From Escherichia phage Dru_SM5, in sequence record PP920550.1: 44,061 nt of DNA. The stretch is one strand, 5' to 3'. The first letter of the stretch is position 1; every line of letters begins with the position of its first letter. Positions 17,401-26,636 of the stretch are shown piece by piece. A program made the translations under genes and the position numbers. The notes under the pieces were generated by a model. It had not been told where the DNA came from and made no database searches. It saw only the letters and a program-made list of their open reading frames with translations.

Positions 17401-20400
17401 CGATTATCTACGACGTCACGGGGCATAAAGGCGGCGGAGGCAAACAGCACACCCCGCAGGAAACGCCGGATAGCCTGCATTCCCTGGCTAAAATTCGCAT
17501 CTTGCTTGCGCTAGGGGAAGGGGAATTCGAAAGTATTACCAGCGACAGCGAATTACGGCAGCGTGTATATCTGGACGGCACTCCGATCCAGAACGCCGAC
17601 CTGTCGGAAAACTTCCCCGGCGCGCGCGTGGAGTTCCGCCCAGGCACACAGCACCAGGACGTGATCCACGGATTTTCAGCGGTGGAAAGTGAGCAATCCG
17701 TCGGTGTAAAACTGGAAAACGGCACGCCGTGGGTGCGCCAGATTAATGACACCAGTTTGGACGCCGTGCGCATTCGCATCGGCATTCCGGCCCTGTACAC
17801 TAACGAAGATAATGGCGACCTGGTGGGCGGGCGCATCGACTATAAGATAGTTGTGTATACGGATAACGCCGACCCGCGTGAGTTCAGATTCGCCGCCGTT
17901 GGTAAAACAATGTCGCTGTATGAGCGCGACCACCGCATCGAATTACCGCCGAACGTGAATACCGGCTGGCGCGTGGAGGTGCACCGCATAACGGCAGACT
18001 CCACATCGGCGAAAGTGGTTAATGATATCCGGGTGCAGTCCATCACTGAGATTATTGACGCCCGCCTGCGTTACCCGCTAACCGCGCTGTTGTTTGTGGA
18101 GTTCGACGCCAAAGCGTTCCAGAACATCCCGCGCGTGTCCATTAAGTGCAAAGGCCGTAAAGTTCTAATACCGAACAACTACGACCCGATTAATCATACC
18201 TATTCCGGGGACTGGGACGGCACGTTTAAACGCGCATGGACGGATAACCCTGCGTGGCACTGGTACGATATTTGTATTACTGAACGCTTCGGCCTCGGTC
18301 GGCGTATCAAACCGCAAATGTTAAACCGGTACGCGCTCTACCAGATTGCGCAGCGCTGCGATCAGTTGGTCAGCGACGGCAACGGTGGTCGAGAAATCCG
18401 CTTTAAGAATGATATGTACATCCAGTCGCAGACAGACGCCTGGACCGTGCTTAAGGATTTGGCTGCCATCTTCGCCGGAATGACCTGGTGGGGCAACCAG
18501 ATGTTGAATATCGTCAGTGACCAACCGGTCGCAGCAGTGTCGCACACGATCACCAACGCCTCGGTAATTGATGGTCGATTCGACTACGCATCGGGCAGCC
18601 AGAAAACTCGGTATTCAACTTTCGCGGTCGCATACGGCAACCCGAAGAACCACTATGAAGATGCCATCGCAACGGGGCAACGTGTAGAACTGGTACGCCG
18701 CCATAAGATTAACCGTCTTGATATTACGGCGATCGGCTGTACGCGTGAATCGGAAGCGCAACGCCGCGGGCACTGGGCGCTAATCTCCAACCAGCTTGAC
18801 CAGCAAGTTAGCTTTAAGGTTGGCATGGAAGGACTATTCTTTATTCCGGGTAGTGTAGTCGCGATCGCCGATACAAACATTTCTGGCGGCTTCGAGACAC
18901 GCGGCGGTCGCCTGTTGTCGGACCCTGGCACGCGTACCGTGCTTAACACGGACAGCGAAATCACGTTCCGCCCCGGTGATAAATTCCTGGTACGCACCGA
19001 TAGTGGTAATGTGGAGACTCGCGAGATCGCCAGCGTCAACGGCAACAAGGTTACGCTAAAAACCGCACTGGACGCAGACCCGATTCCTGATCAGCCGTTT
19101 TGCGTTGATGGTGACGATATCCAGTTGCAGAAGTTCCGCATCACCGACCTGGAATATGACGACTCTACCAGCACTTTTTCAGTGCGCGGGATCGAGTACA
19201 ACGATAGCAAATATGATGCCGTTGATAATGGCGCTCGCCTTGACCCAGGCATCTTTACGCAAGTTCCTGACGGCGTAATGAAGGGGCCGGAGTCCGTGAC
19301 CATCACCCCGTCGCAGATTTCATCGCAAGGCCAGCTAATCACCAACGTGGATATTGTATTCCCTCCGGTGAAGGATGCCGTGGTGTATGAAATCCAGTGG
19401 CGACGTACCAGCTTGCAGAATATGGAAATCCAGTGGGGAAACGACTGGGTGAACATCCCACGCACGGCATCGAATGGGGCGCACATCCCTAACGTGTTCT
19501 CCGGTAACTATCAGGCACGCGTCCGCGCAATTGGTATGGGCGAAATCTCGTCCCCGTGGGTATCATCCGCGATCACGCCGGTGGAAGGTCGTCTCGGTGG
19601 GCTTAACGCACCAATCATCACCAACGCTATTTCGGGCCTTCACCAGATCTTGTGGAAGTGGAACCACAACAACGCCGCTACTGATATCTCGTACACCGAG
19701 CTTGAAGTGCGCAAGACCGGTGAGACTGAATGGAAATTCCTTACCAACGTCCCATATCCGGGGGCGGAGTATGCGCAAACATCGCTGGAGTTCGGAATTT
19801 ACCAGCAGTTGCGCGCCCGTGTAGCGGATAAAATCGGCAACCGGTCGGACTGGTCGGCCCCGTTTGAAGGGCAGGTGAGTGACAAAGTTGACGAGTACAT
19901 GAAGGGGCTTGATGACGAGTTCTTGACTTCCGAGGATGGTAAACGCTTCCAGGAAGCAATCAACACGATCCCGCAGGGTATTTACGAGGCGATGCTCACC
20001 GACGCGCAGCAATTGTTCAACGCCCGCGCCGAGTACAAGGGTATTTATGCGGAAATCTCGGTAGCGTATAACGTGGCTGCGGACGCCCACAAGGCGGTCG
20101 CTCAACTGGAGACGTTGATCGGCACGCGACTTGATGACGCGGAAGCTGCGATCCACACGTTGCAGACCGCGCAGAGCACACAGGAACAAGCGTTCGCCCA
20201 GTACCAGCAAACTGTTGCCGCTAAGTTCGGGGAACAGGAAGCCGCCATCCAGCAGGTACAAACGGCAACCGCAGACGTGGCGGGAGCGCTGGCGGAATAT
20301 AAGACCCAGGTCGCTACACAGTTCGGTCAGCAGTCCGCCGCTATCGAGCAGAAGATGACGTCCTCGTTTAACCACTCTGGTGGTAGCGCCACGTATAGCC

Positions 20401-20816
20401 TTAAGGCTGGCGTGACATATAACGGGACTTATTATGATGCGGGTATGCAGCTTTCCGTTGTGACGTCAGGCAACGCGGTTAAATCGCGTATTGCGTTCAA
20501 GGCGGACCAGTTCTACATCATGCATCCGTCCAATGGGACGCTGTCGTCTGCGTTTATTGTGGACGGTGGCGCGGTGTATATCGACACGGCACGCATCAAG
20601 AACGCGTCCATCAACTTCGCGCAGATAACAGACACGCTGCAATCGAATAACTACGACGGCAGCACGCGCGGCTGGCGCTTAGGGAAAGATGGAACGTTTA
20701 TCAACCTGGGCACCGGTAGCGGCGGCGGGATGAAACAGACGAACACAAGAATCAGCGTGAAGGACGGAAACGGCGTTCTCCGCGTGCAGATTGGTGAGCT
20801 TACTGGTAGCTGGTAG
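17397..20816 (+). CDS. host specificity / central tail fiber protein J-like
   Basis: 1139 aa ORF at the gpJ position, the largest tail-tip gene. Followed by a terminator. Confidence 0.85.
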   Translation: MTIIYDVTGHKGGGGKQHTPQETPDSLHSLAKIRILLALGEGEFESITSDSELRQRVYLDGTPIQNADLSENFPGARVEFRPGTQHQDVIHGFSAVESEQSVGVKLENGTPWVRQINDTSLDAVRIRIGIPALYTNEDNGDLVGGRIDYKIVVYTDNADPREFRFAAVGKTMSLYERDHRIELPPNVNTGWRVEVHRITADSTSAKVVNDIRVQSITEIIDARLRYPLTALLFVEFDAKAFQNIPRVSIKCKGRKVLIPNNYDPINHTYSGDWDGTFKRAWTDNPAWHWYDICITERFGLGRRIKPQMLNRYALYQIAQRCDQLVSDGNGGREIRFKNDMYIQSQTDAWTVLKDLAAIFAGMTWWGNQMLNIVSDQPVAAVSHTITNASVIDGRFDYASGSQKTRYSTFAVAYGNPKNHYEDAIATGQRVELVRRHKINRLDITAIGCTRESEAQRRGHWALISNQLDQQVSFKVGMEGLFFIPGSVVAIADTNISGGFETRGGRLLSDPGTRTVLNTDSEITFRPGDKFLVRTDSGNVETREIASVNGNKVTLKTALDADPIPDQPFCVDGDDIQLQKFRITDLEYDDSTSTFSVRGIEYNDSKYDAVDNGARLDPGIFTQVPDGVMKGPESVTITPSQISSQGQLITNVDIVFPPVKDAVVYEIQWRRTSLQNMEIQWGNDWVNIPRTASNGAHIPNVFSGNYQARVRAIGMGEISSPWVSSAITPVEGRLGGLNAPIITNAISGLHQILWKWNHNNAATDISYTELEVRKTGETEWKFLTNVPYPGAEYAQTSLEFGIYQQLRARVADKIGNRSDWSAPFEGQVSDKVDEYMKGLDDEFLTSEDGKRFQEAINTIPQGIYEAMLTDAQQLFNARAEYKGIYAEISVAYNVAADAHKAVAQLETLIGTRLDDAEAAIHTLQTAQSTQEQAFAQYQQTVAAKFGEQEAAIQQVQTATADVAGALAEYKTQVATQFGQQSAAIEQKMTSSFNHSGGSATYSLKAGVTYNGTYYDAGMQLSVVTSGNAVKSRIAFKADQFYIMHPSNGTLSSAFIVDGGAVYIDTARIKNASINFAQITDTLQSNNYDGSTRGWRLGKDGTFINLGTGSGGGMKQTNTRISVKDGNGVLRVQIGELTGSW

Positions 20817-20820
20817 TATA

Positions 20821-20838
20821 GGGGCTTCGGCCCCTTTT
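20821..20838 (+). terminator. intrinsic terminator after J-like gene
   Basis: GGGGC-ttcg-GCCCC hairpin followed by TTTT. Confidence 0.5.
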
Positions 20839-20852
20839 CAACGAGGTTATTT

Positions 20853-21155
20853 ATGGCATTCGGTATCGCAACGTGGGACGCGCAAGGACGCCCAAACAAC
20901 TACGGCATTAAACCGGTAAGCGTGATCGGAAGGATTCATCTTGCGGAAGGACAAAAATCAGGCGCATGGTCATTCCCTGTACCGGCGGGGATGAAGGTCG
21001 GATACGTGGTCGCACTGGATAAAGGCGCGGTCGGGCCAGGCCGCAGAATAACCGCCAGCGGGAACACTATCACGGTTTCCGCGGCAAGTGCGGTAGGTGG
21101 CGGGGTTTACTCCGCATCTGAATGTGACGTTATTGTTTTTGTGGAGCGAGCATAA
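20853..21155 (+). CDS. hypothetical protein (post-J, possible tail accessory)
   Basis: 100 aa ORF. Weak similarity by eye to the C-terminal half of the next ORF (WD..G and ISAAS/VSAAS motifs). Confidence 0.5.
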   Translation: MAFGIATWDAQGRPNNYGIKPVSVIGRIHLAEGQKSGAWSFPVPAGMKVGYVVALDKGAVGPGRRITASGNTITVSAASAVGGGVYSASECDVIVFVERA

Positions 21156-21829
21156 TGGCTAATTACGGCGCGTTGATTGACTTACCAAACGGCAACCCGT
21201 TTATCACGCCAGAATCGACGCCGTTTTGTCTATTCCGCCGTGTGGTTGTTGGGTCTTCGGCTAACGGCACTGCGCAGTCGGCGGCTGCCGATATTAATTT
21301 GGGCGGTGACTACCCCGCGATAGCGTTTGTGAAAACTACGCACACCGCCCGGCCGACCGTCGTAGGGTCTTCTCGCGTTGGTAATGTGGTGAAGGTGAGC
21401 GCCAGCAATCCATTCAGGCAGGGCTTCACGATGACGGCTTACATCTTTGCTATATTCCCACAGTCCCTTCCGCGGTGGGGCTTCGCTATTTGGGATAAGA
21501 CGGGGAAGCTAGTGCTTACTAATGAGAGTCGCGTACTAAGTGATTTAGTTACCGTCGGATCGCCAGGCGCTAACGGGGGGATTAACATTGACCAGACGCT
21601 AAACGGCAGCTACGCCGTCGCTCCGGGCATATTGGGGTCTACGCTGATCCGGTTTTTTGTGCAGGGCCAGCCGCAAGTAATATCGGTAACGGCGTACACG
21701 GGGGCCAGATTTGATGGGTCGCGAACGCGTATATCGGCAGCGTCGCCGGGGAACGCCACGGGGGATGTGGTGGGGTATACTAACAACGGCAACGCGATTA
21801 TGGCGATTAACACCGCCAATTATGATTGA
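21155..21829 (+). CDS. hypothetical protein (post-J, possible tail accessory)
   Basis: 224 aa ORF; start overlaps the upstream stop. Followed by a bidirectional terminator. Confidence 0.5.
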   Translation: MANYGALIDLPNGNPFITPESTPFCLFRRVVVGSSANGTAQSAAADINLGGDYPAIAFVKTTHTARPTVVGSSRVGNVVKVSASNPFRQGFTMTAYIFAIFPQSLPRWGFAIWDKTGKLVLTNESRVLSDLVTVGSPGANGGINIDQTLNGSYAVAPGILGSTLIRFFVQGQPQVISVTAYTGARFDGSRTRISAASPGNATGDVVGYTNNGNAIMAINTANYD

Positions 21830-21831
21830 AG

Positions 21832-21852
21832 AAAGCCCCGAAAGGGGCTTAT
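21832..21852. terminator. bidirectional terminator hairpin
   Basis: AGCCCC-gaaa-GGGGCT with flanking A/T runs, between convergent genes. Confidence 0.45.
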
Positions 21853-22067
21853 TTGCAGGTTGTGCTTTTGAAGTGGTCGACCGACACATACTGGAAGTTG
21901 AATGGGTATCCCGCCCGTAACATTTTATGACCGCTAACGTCTGCAACCCCAAACACAGGGACGGAATACTCCACGCCACTATTCATGTATGTCGCGTCGC
22001 AGACTTTAGTCGGCATGTTGGCACAACCCGACAAAAGAACCCCACAAATCATAATTAAAGTTTTCAT
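21849..22067 (-). CDS. small lipoprotein, candidate Llp/Cor-like superinfection exclusion protein
   Basis: ATG at 22067 follows an AGGAGA RBS. Signal peptide MKTLIMICGVLL with lipobox LSGC; about 55 aa mature, Cys-containing. Reverse-oriented next to the tail fiber gene. Confidence 0.5.
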   Translation of the reverse strand: MKTLIMICGVLLSGCANMPTKVCDATYMNSGVEYSVPVFGVADVSGHKMLRAGYPFNFQYVSVDHFKSTTCK

Positions 22068-22147
22068 GGTATCATCTCCTATATTTGGTCGAGTTTTAGT
22101 ATCGCACCGCTCGACCAGGATTGCAACCAATTTATGAGGATTCAGCT

Positions 22148-23482
22148 ATGGCAGCGGGTACACTATCCGTAACGAACAATAGCAAGGCGGTAGTAGGGGT
22201 CGGCACAACGTTTACCGCGTTTAAAGCTGGCGACTTCTTAACGCTGGTGGTAGGACAAGTCCCATACACCGTGGCAATCGCGTCCGTTGAAAGCGCAACC
22301 GCGCTCACGCTGGTGTTGCCGTTCGACGGCCCAACGGCAACCGGCCTTGCGTGGGATGGTGTTAAGCGCGATACCATGTCACTGGCAACGATGGGCGTTA
22401 CCGTACAGGCTCAAAAAGCATTGCGCTTGATGATTGCAGATGAAAACAACTGGCGTGCAATCTTCGGCGACGCTGAAGAAATCACGGTCACGCTGCCGAA
22501 CGGGCAGGTGATGCAGGGTATGTCGTGGGGCTATCTGTCGCAGTTGATGAAACAGATCGACCCGTCTCAATACGCTAAGGTAAGTAACAACCTCACCGAC
22601 CTCACCGACAAAACCGCGGCACGGCAGACTCTCAACGCAATCGGCGTCGGGGATTATGGCATCGGAGGCGGCGCACCTGGCGGAAGTTGGGACACAGCAG
22701 ATGATAGCACCCTGATCGCTACAAACACAGGGTCCCCACTAGGTGACTTCTCCGTAGCGGGTGTGCATGTTAAGTTTGCGCAAAACTATGCTGTACAGTT
22801 CGCGGCGCGTAAAAGCCGATTTTTCTGGCGAACTAAAGAGAATGGGGCGCTACAGAATTGGTGCGAAGCGGTGAAGCCCGGCGACTACGGACTGGGTATT
22901 GAAAGATCAACCCCACCGCCGAATACGCAGGCTTGCTTTTTCTCGCAGGCGATCGGAGGTCCGACTTGGGCACCTGCAAACGGCGCAGGATTTCAATCTT
23001 CCTACCTCCCCACGCGTGTCGCGCAGGTTATGGTCGGGGTGGGGCCAGTGCTCTACTATCGTTTTAACACCTCCGGCGACGCGCAAGTCTCCTCCACAAC
23101 GCAACCATGGTCGCGGGTGCAAGATGCTGGTACGTCTGATGCCCGTGTGAAGGATATTAAGGGCAATTTAAATGTGGAAGCGGCGCTGGATAACATCAAC
23201 CGCCTTGAGTTTAAGTTGTTCCGGTACACGTTTGACGAACCGGAGCGATCTACGCGACGCGGAATCATTGCACAACAAGCGGCAACGGTTGACCGGGAAT
23301 ATGTGCACGACCACGAAGTGCCGGGGATGATGACGTTGGACTTAAACCCGCTTGTTGCGGATTGCCTGGCGGCTATTAAAGCGTTAAGAGCGCGTGACGA
23401 GGCGAACAAGGCCGAGATTGCAGAACTGAAAGCTGCCGTAGCGGAGTTGAAAGCCGCGGTCGCGGCACTGACTAAAGCATAA
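22148..23482 (+). CDS. tail fiber protein with C-terminal intramolecular chaperone (peptidase S74-like) domain
   Basis: ATG at 22148 follows a TGAGGA RBS. C-terminal roughly 120 aa (DARVKDIKGNLNVEAALD...coiled-coil AEIAELKAAVAELKAAVAAL) resemble auto-cleaving fiber chaperone domains. N-terminus shared with the 14665 ORF. Confidence 0.65.
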   Translation: MAAGTLSVTNNSKAVVGVGTTFTAFKAGDFLTLVVGQVPYTVAIASVESATALTLVLPFDGPTATGLAWDGVKRDTMSLATMGVTVQAQKALRLMIADENNWRAIFGDAEEITVTLPNGQVMQGMSWGYLSQLMKQIDPSQYAKVSNNLTDLTDKTAARQTLNAIGVGDYGIGGGAPGGSWDTADDSTLIATNTGSPLGDFSVAGVHVKFAQNYAVQFAARKSRFFWRTKENGALQNWCEAVKPGDYGLGIERSTPPPNTQACFFSQAIGGPTWAPANGAGFQSSYLPTRVAQVMVGVGPVLYYRFNTSGDAQVSSTTQPWSRVQDAGTSDARVKDIKGNLNVEAALDNINRLEFKLFRYTFDEPERSTRRGIIAQQAATVDREYVHDHEVPGMMTLDLNPLVADCLAAIKALRARDEANKAEIAELKAAVAELKAAVAALTKA

Positions 23483-23488
23483 CGAGAA

Positions 23489-23511
23489 GGGGCCACACGG
23501 CCCCTTTTTTT
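23489..23511. terminator. bidirectional terminator
   Basis: GGGGCC-acac-GGCCCC hairpin followed by TTTTTTT, between convergent genes. Confidence 0.55.
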
Positions 23512-24085
23512 AGTTTGAGTTTTCCCAGTCCATTTTGCGCCGCACCAGCGGGCTTTCGTAATATTCCTTGCCTTCCACTTCCACTAAGGGCCAATCATTA
23601 ACAATCACGTATGGCTCTGCGATATCTTCAATAACGCCGTGCGCGCTTTGTGGTCCCAACGACACGCCCACCAGGATAACACCGGCAACTCGACGGGTAA
23701 GATACTCGCGAGCGCAACGTGCCTCAACCAGTCCGCGACGGATGCCGCTGGTGGCTTTAACCTCGTAGGTCCAGACGGCATCGATCACATGCTCGCGGAA
23801 GTCGGGACCGGACTTAACCTTGCGCTTGCCGACCATGATAATATCGCCGCGGTCGATAGTGTTAGCGCTAAACAGGCCGGTACGCATTAGCAAACCTTGT
23901 GGAATACAGCTACGCCCGCCCGACTGCCCTTCGAGGTACATGCCTGCAAACATCTCGCCCAGCACACCGACAAGACGGCTTTGCTTGCACGCGTCAGACT
24001 TGTATCTCCACTGGTCAAACTCGATGCTTGCTATCATTGCCGCAAGGTGGAATTGTTTACCGGATATTTCATATTCGCCGTACAT
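23510..24085 (-). CDS. hypothetical protein, possible PD-(D/E)xK-type nuclease
   Basis: 191 aa with RBS GAGGACC. Contains GPDF...13 aa...EVK, fitting a PD-x(n)-ExK spacing. Assignment is motif-only and weak. Confidence 0.35.
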   Translation of the reverse strand: MYGEYEISGKQFHLAAMIASIEFDQWRYKSDACKQSRLVGVLGEMFAGMYLEGQSGGRSCIPQGLLMRTGLFSANTIDRGDIIMVGKRKVKSGPDFREHVIDAVWTYEVKATSGIRRGLVEARCAREYLTRRVAGVILVGVSLGPQSAHGVIEDIAEPYVIVNDWPLVEVEGKEYYESPLVRRKMDWENSN

Positions 24086-24127
24086 CGTGTGGTCCTCATT
24101 GATGCGGGCTTCGGCCCGCGATTAGAA

Positions 24128-24682
24128 TTATTTCAGTGCGCTACGTACCAGTGTTTTTTCCATGTTGCGGAAGTCTTCCGGCGTCATGAGGATTTTGGAC
24201 CCATCCTCTCCAGTGAGCACGACCATAGGCTGGACGTCCTGGGCCGCTACGCCGAAATTGGCGGCTTTGACAGTCTTCCCGAACGAGGCCACCACACCTT
24301 CGGAAACGCGCATTGCACTGTTATACGCATTAATCTCGCCATCTAGTCGTACGGACAGGTCTTTGAGGCTGTCGAATTGTGCTGCCGTTGTGTCGATCTG
24401 GATCTCGTCATGCACGGTCATGTACGACTCGCCCAGCAGGGCGGAATAGGCTACCAGGTCAACGATGTTATCGTCCTGGTGCTTACGGTGCTGGCGTACC
24501 AGCTTCAGGCAGACCAGGAAGGTCCAGGCTTCTTGCTCGGTCAGGTCGCGCCCGGTAAGCGCGTTAAACACGTCAGCGATTTGTTTAGCGCTGCGTTCTT
24601 CTTTCGCGTTGTCATAGCCGTTTTCTTTTCCGCGCTGTTCCATAGTGGTGGCGGCGTTTTTGCAGTATTCGTATGCTTTCAT
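24128..24682 (-). CDS. hypothetical protein
   Basis: 184 aa with RBS AAGGACC. No recognisable motif. Confidence 0.6.
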   Translation of the reverse strand: MKAYEYCKNAATTMEQRGKENGYDNAKEERSAKQIADVFNALTGRDLTEQEAWTFLVCLKLVRQHRKHQDDNIVDLVAYSALLGESYMTVHDEIQIDTTAAQFDSLKDLSVRLDGEINAYNSAMRVSEGVVASFGKTVKAANFGVAAQDVQPMVVLTGEDGSKILMTPEDFRNMEKTLVRSALK

Positions 24683-24727
24683 TATGTGGTCCTTATTAGC
24701 GCGGGGCCATATTGCCCCGACGCGTTA

Positions 24728-24757
24728 ACTATAGTGCAACCAACCTATTGGTTGCAA
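24728..24757 (-). promoter_or_regulatory. candidate promoter embedded in a 9-bp-arm inverted repeat
   Basis: On the minus strand: TTGCAA, 18 nt spacer, TATAGT. Spacer overlaps the inverted repeat TGCAACCAA-ccta-TTGGTTGCA (24735-24756). About 45 nt upstream of the 24682 start. Confidence 0.35.
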
Positions 24758-25215
24758 GTAAATTTTGCAACGTTTATTGCGTAAATTTTCGGGACTAAAT
24801 CGCCGCACGCCCGACGAATGGCCGCGATGTTCTTCGGACCGTCTTCAATGATGACCAGTTCCGATACGTCCGCATAGCAGACCATTTTGAATACAGCGCA
24901 CGCCTTAAACTCTGGCGGCGGGGTGTCGTCCAGCATGTGGCGCATAAACAACCGGCCGTTCGGGAATACTTTCAGTTGCTCGGCGGTGGTGTCCCAGCAT
25001 TCTCGCTGCCGGTTTGTCAGATACGCGATCTCGAAGCCTTGCTCTTTATACATGCGCAGTAGCGGCAGCATATCCATGTTCAGGTCTTCGCGAACGTGCG
25101 CTTTGTGCCACTTCGCCCAAAAGGTGGATTTCGTTTTTATGCCGGGCACCAGGTCAGCACGCGCATCGCTTGATCCATTAATAACGCCATCCAAATCGCA
25201 AATCAGTAGTTTCAT
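24745..25215 (-). CDS. HAD-superfamily phosphatase-like protein
   Basis: N-terminal MKLLICDLDGV (HAD motif I DxDG), a downstream Thr/Ser motif, and EDGP near the C-terminus. 156 aa. Confidence 0.55.
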   Translation of the reverse strand: MKLLICDLDGVINGSSDARADLVPGIKTKSTFWAKWHKAHVREDLNMDMLPLLRMYKEQGFEIAYLTNRQRECWDTTAEQLKVFPNGRLFMRHMLDDTPPPEFKACAVFKMVCYADVSELVIIEDGPKNIAAIRRACGDLVPKIYAINVAKFTCNQ

Positions 25216-25445
25216 TTTAAGCTCTCAATAAGTGTCTGTCGGGCGCTTCGCGCAGTAAAGGAGTTGCATACGAAATGGCAACGCCGAGTTATGACAAGCC
25301 AACCGGTGAGGTCAAGGCCCATGATGCGTCCGGGATGGGACGCGCGCACCACATGATTGCGGCGTGGGTCGATGCAGAAGTCTTTTTGCATTTGGTCTAC
25401 TACCGCGGGGTCGCGGTCAACGATTAAGATATTCATGTAGCTCAC
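25212..25445 (-). CDS. hypothetical protein
   Basis: 77 aa ORF, overlaps neighbours by a few nt on both sides. Confidence 0.4.
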   Translation of the reverse strand: MSYMNILIVDRDPAVVDQMQKDFCIDPRRNHVVRASHPGRIMGLDLTGWLVITRRCHFVCNSFTARSARQTLIESLK

Positions 25446-25902
25446 TCTCGCTCATTATTTCAATTTGTGCGCTGCCGCATGGCGGCGCTTCGTCAAATAT
25501 TATCAATTGCTGGCACTTGTTATTGCTCGGCCCGACTTCACCGGTTACAGCATGTATGAATCGGATCCGCCAGTCCAGAAGAATTATCAGGTTTGCAGTC
25601 TTCCTGGCCAGCTTCGCCCACTTCGTCGACGTGTCCTGATTCAGCAGCATGACAGTCCGTCGACCGTGCGCTGCGCATTCCACCCACGGCAGCGGATCGG
25701 AATACGGCGGATTGCACCACTTCCACCCTTTCAACTCTGACCAGTCCACATCAAGCGCGCTGTGCTCTGCCGTGAAGTAACGCGGTAGCAGATGGTTGGC
25801 GTCGCTTGCCGCCATATCGTAACGGAATCGGAACTTACGGCGCAGCGGTTTAAATAAAGCTGGCGGCGTGCGCCAGCTATCTTTCTGCTCACTCTTCTGC
25901 AT
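25417..25902 (-). CDS. DNA N6-adenine methyltransferase (phage Dam-like)
   Basis: Catalytic NPPY motif (WKWCNPPYSD). Size about 160 aa, typical of phage orphan N6-adenine methyltransferases. Confidence 0.75.
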   Translation of the reverse strand: MQKSEQKDSWRTPPALFKPLRRKFRFRYDMAASDANHLLPRYFTAEHSALDVDWSELKGWKWCNPPYSDPLPWVECAAHGRRTVMLLNQDTSTKWAKLARKTANLIILLDWRIRFIHAVTGEVGPSNNKCQQLIIFDEAPPCGSAQIEIMSESELHEYLNR

Positions 25903-26347
25903 AGTCTGGATCTATCGCATACAGGGCGGTTTTCTTTCCGCCGGATAGCACGCGTTGGACTCTGGACATCTCCTCCTTACTGAGCGGTCGGCTATCGGAA
26001 TAGTAGCTGCCGTTTGCACGCCACGCTATATGCACCAGTCCTTTCCACGGGATCGAAGACTGGCGACCTTTGGGGCGCACGTACGCCTCGGCCCGTTTGC
26101 AATGCTCGCGCAAACCTTCGGCTGTGAGTCGATTTAGTGCGACGGTGGTTGTGTATCCGGTGCGCTGCATAATACACATCAACTCATACAGCAGATCGAA
26201 GCGCTCCTCTAATTCCTTTCGCGCCTTCTCCTCGCCTTCATAGCTCGCCAGATAGGTGTCTGCCAGCGCGCTAACACGTTTGACCTGTTCGCGGGCTTCG
26301 AGGCATTGCGCGGCCCAGTAATTTTTCTCTTCTTGTAAAATCTTCAT
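25889..26347 (-). CDS. hypothetical protein
   Basis: 152 aa ORF overlapping the Dam start by 14 nt. Confidence 0.5.
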   Translation of the reverse strand: MKILQEEKNYWAAQCLEAREQVKRVSALADTYLASYEGEEKARKELEERFDLLYELMCIMQRTGYTTTVALNRLTAEGLREHCKRAEAYVRPKGRQSSIPWKGLVHIAWRANGSYYSDSRPLSKEEMSRVQRVLSGGKKTALYAIDPDYAEE

Positions 26348-26590
26348 TTATTTAATCTCCGTAGTGCGGATTTCCTTGCGCGGAATAAATTTGCCGTCTT
26401 TCTCGACCCAGCAAGTTCCGAAACGCCATTGGGTATTACGGCCTGTTTGCTCGGCATATACGGTCTTGCATTCGTAGCGTTCCGTATAGTAAGTAGCCGC
26501 GGTAGGTACGAAAATACAAACGGCAAACATGAGGGTGAGTATCACCCAAAATCGAAGGTCGCCGTCGTAGTCGAAAAATAATGATCTCAT
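26348..26590 (-). CDS. small membrane protein
   Basis: 80 aa with one predicted TM helix (FWVILTLMFAVCIFVP). RBS GGAGA. Preceded on the minus strand by a terminator hairpin. Confidence 0.5.
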   Translation of the reverse strand: MRSLFFDYDGDLRFWVILTLMFAVCIFVPTAATYYTERYECKTVYAEQTGRNTQWRFGTCWVEKDGKFIPRKEIRTTEIK

Positions 26591-26608
26591 CGTGTTGTCT
26601 CCAGGTAT

Positions 26609-26636
26609 TAAAAAGGGCGTCCAAACCGGACACCCT
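26609..26636 (-). terminator. minus-strand intrinsic terminator / attenuator
   Basis: Minus strand: GGGTGTCC-ggtttg-GACGCCC followed by TTTTT, immediately upstream of the RBS of the 26590 gene. Confidence 0.45.

Noticed and set aside
24100-24712. GC-rich hairpins at about 24100-24120 and 24692-24712 as intrinsic terminators
   Set aside because: Neither strand has a U-run after the stem, so they are more likely RNA-stabilising stem-loops or processing sites than terminators. Left unclassified.
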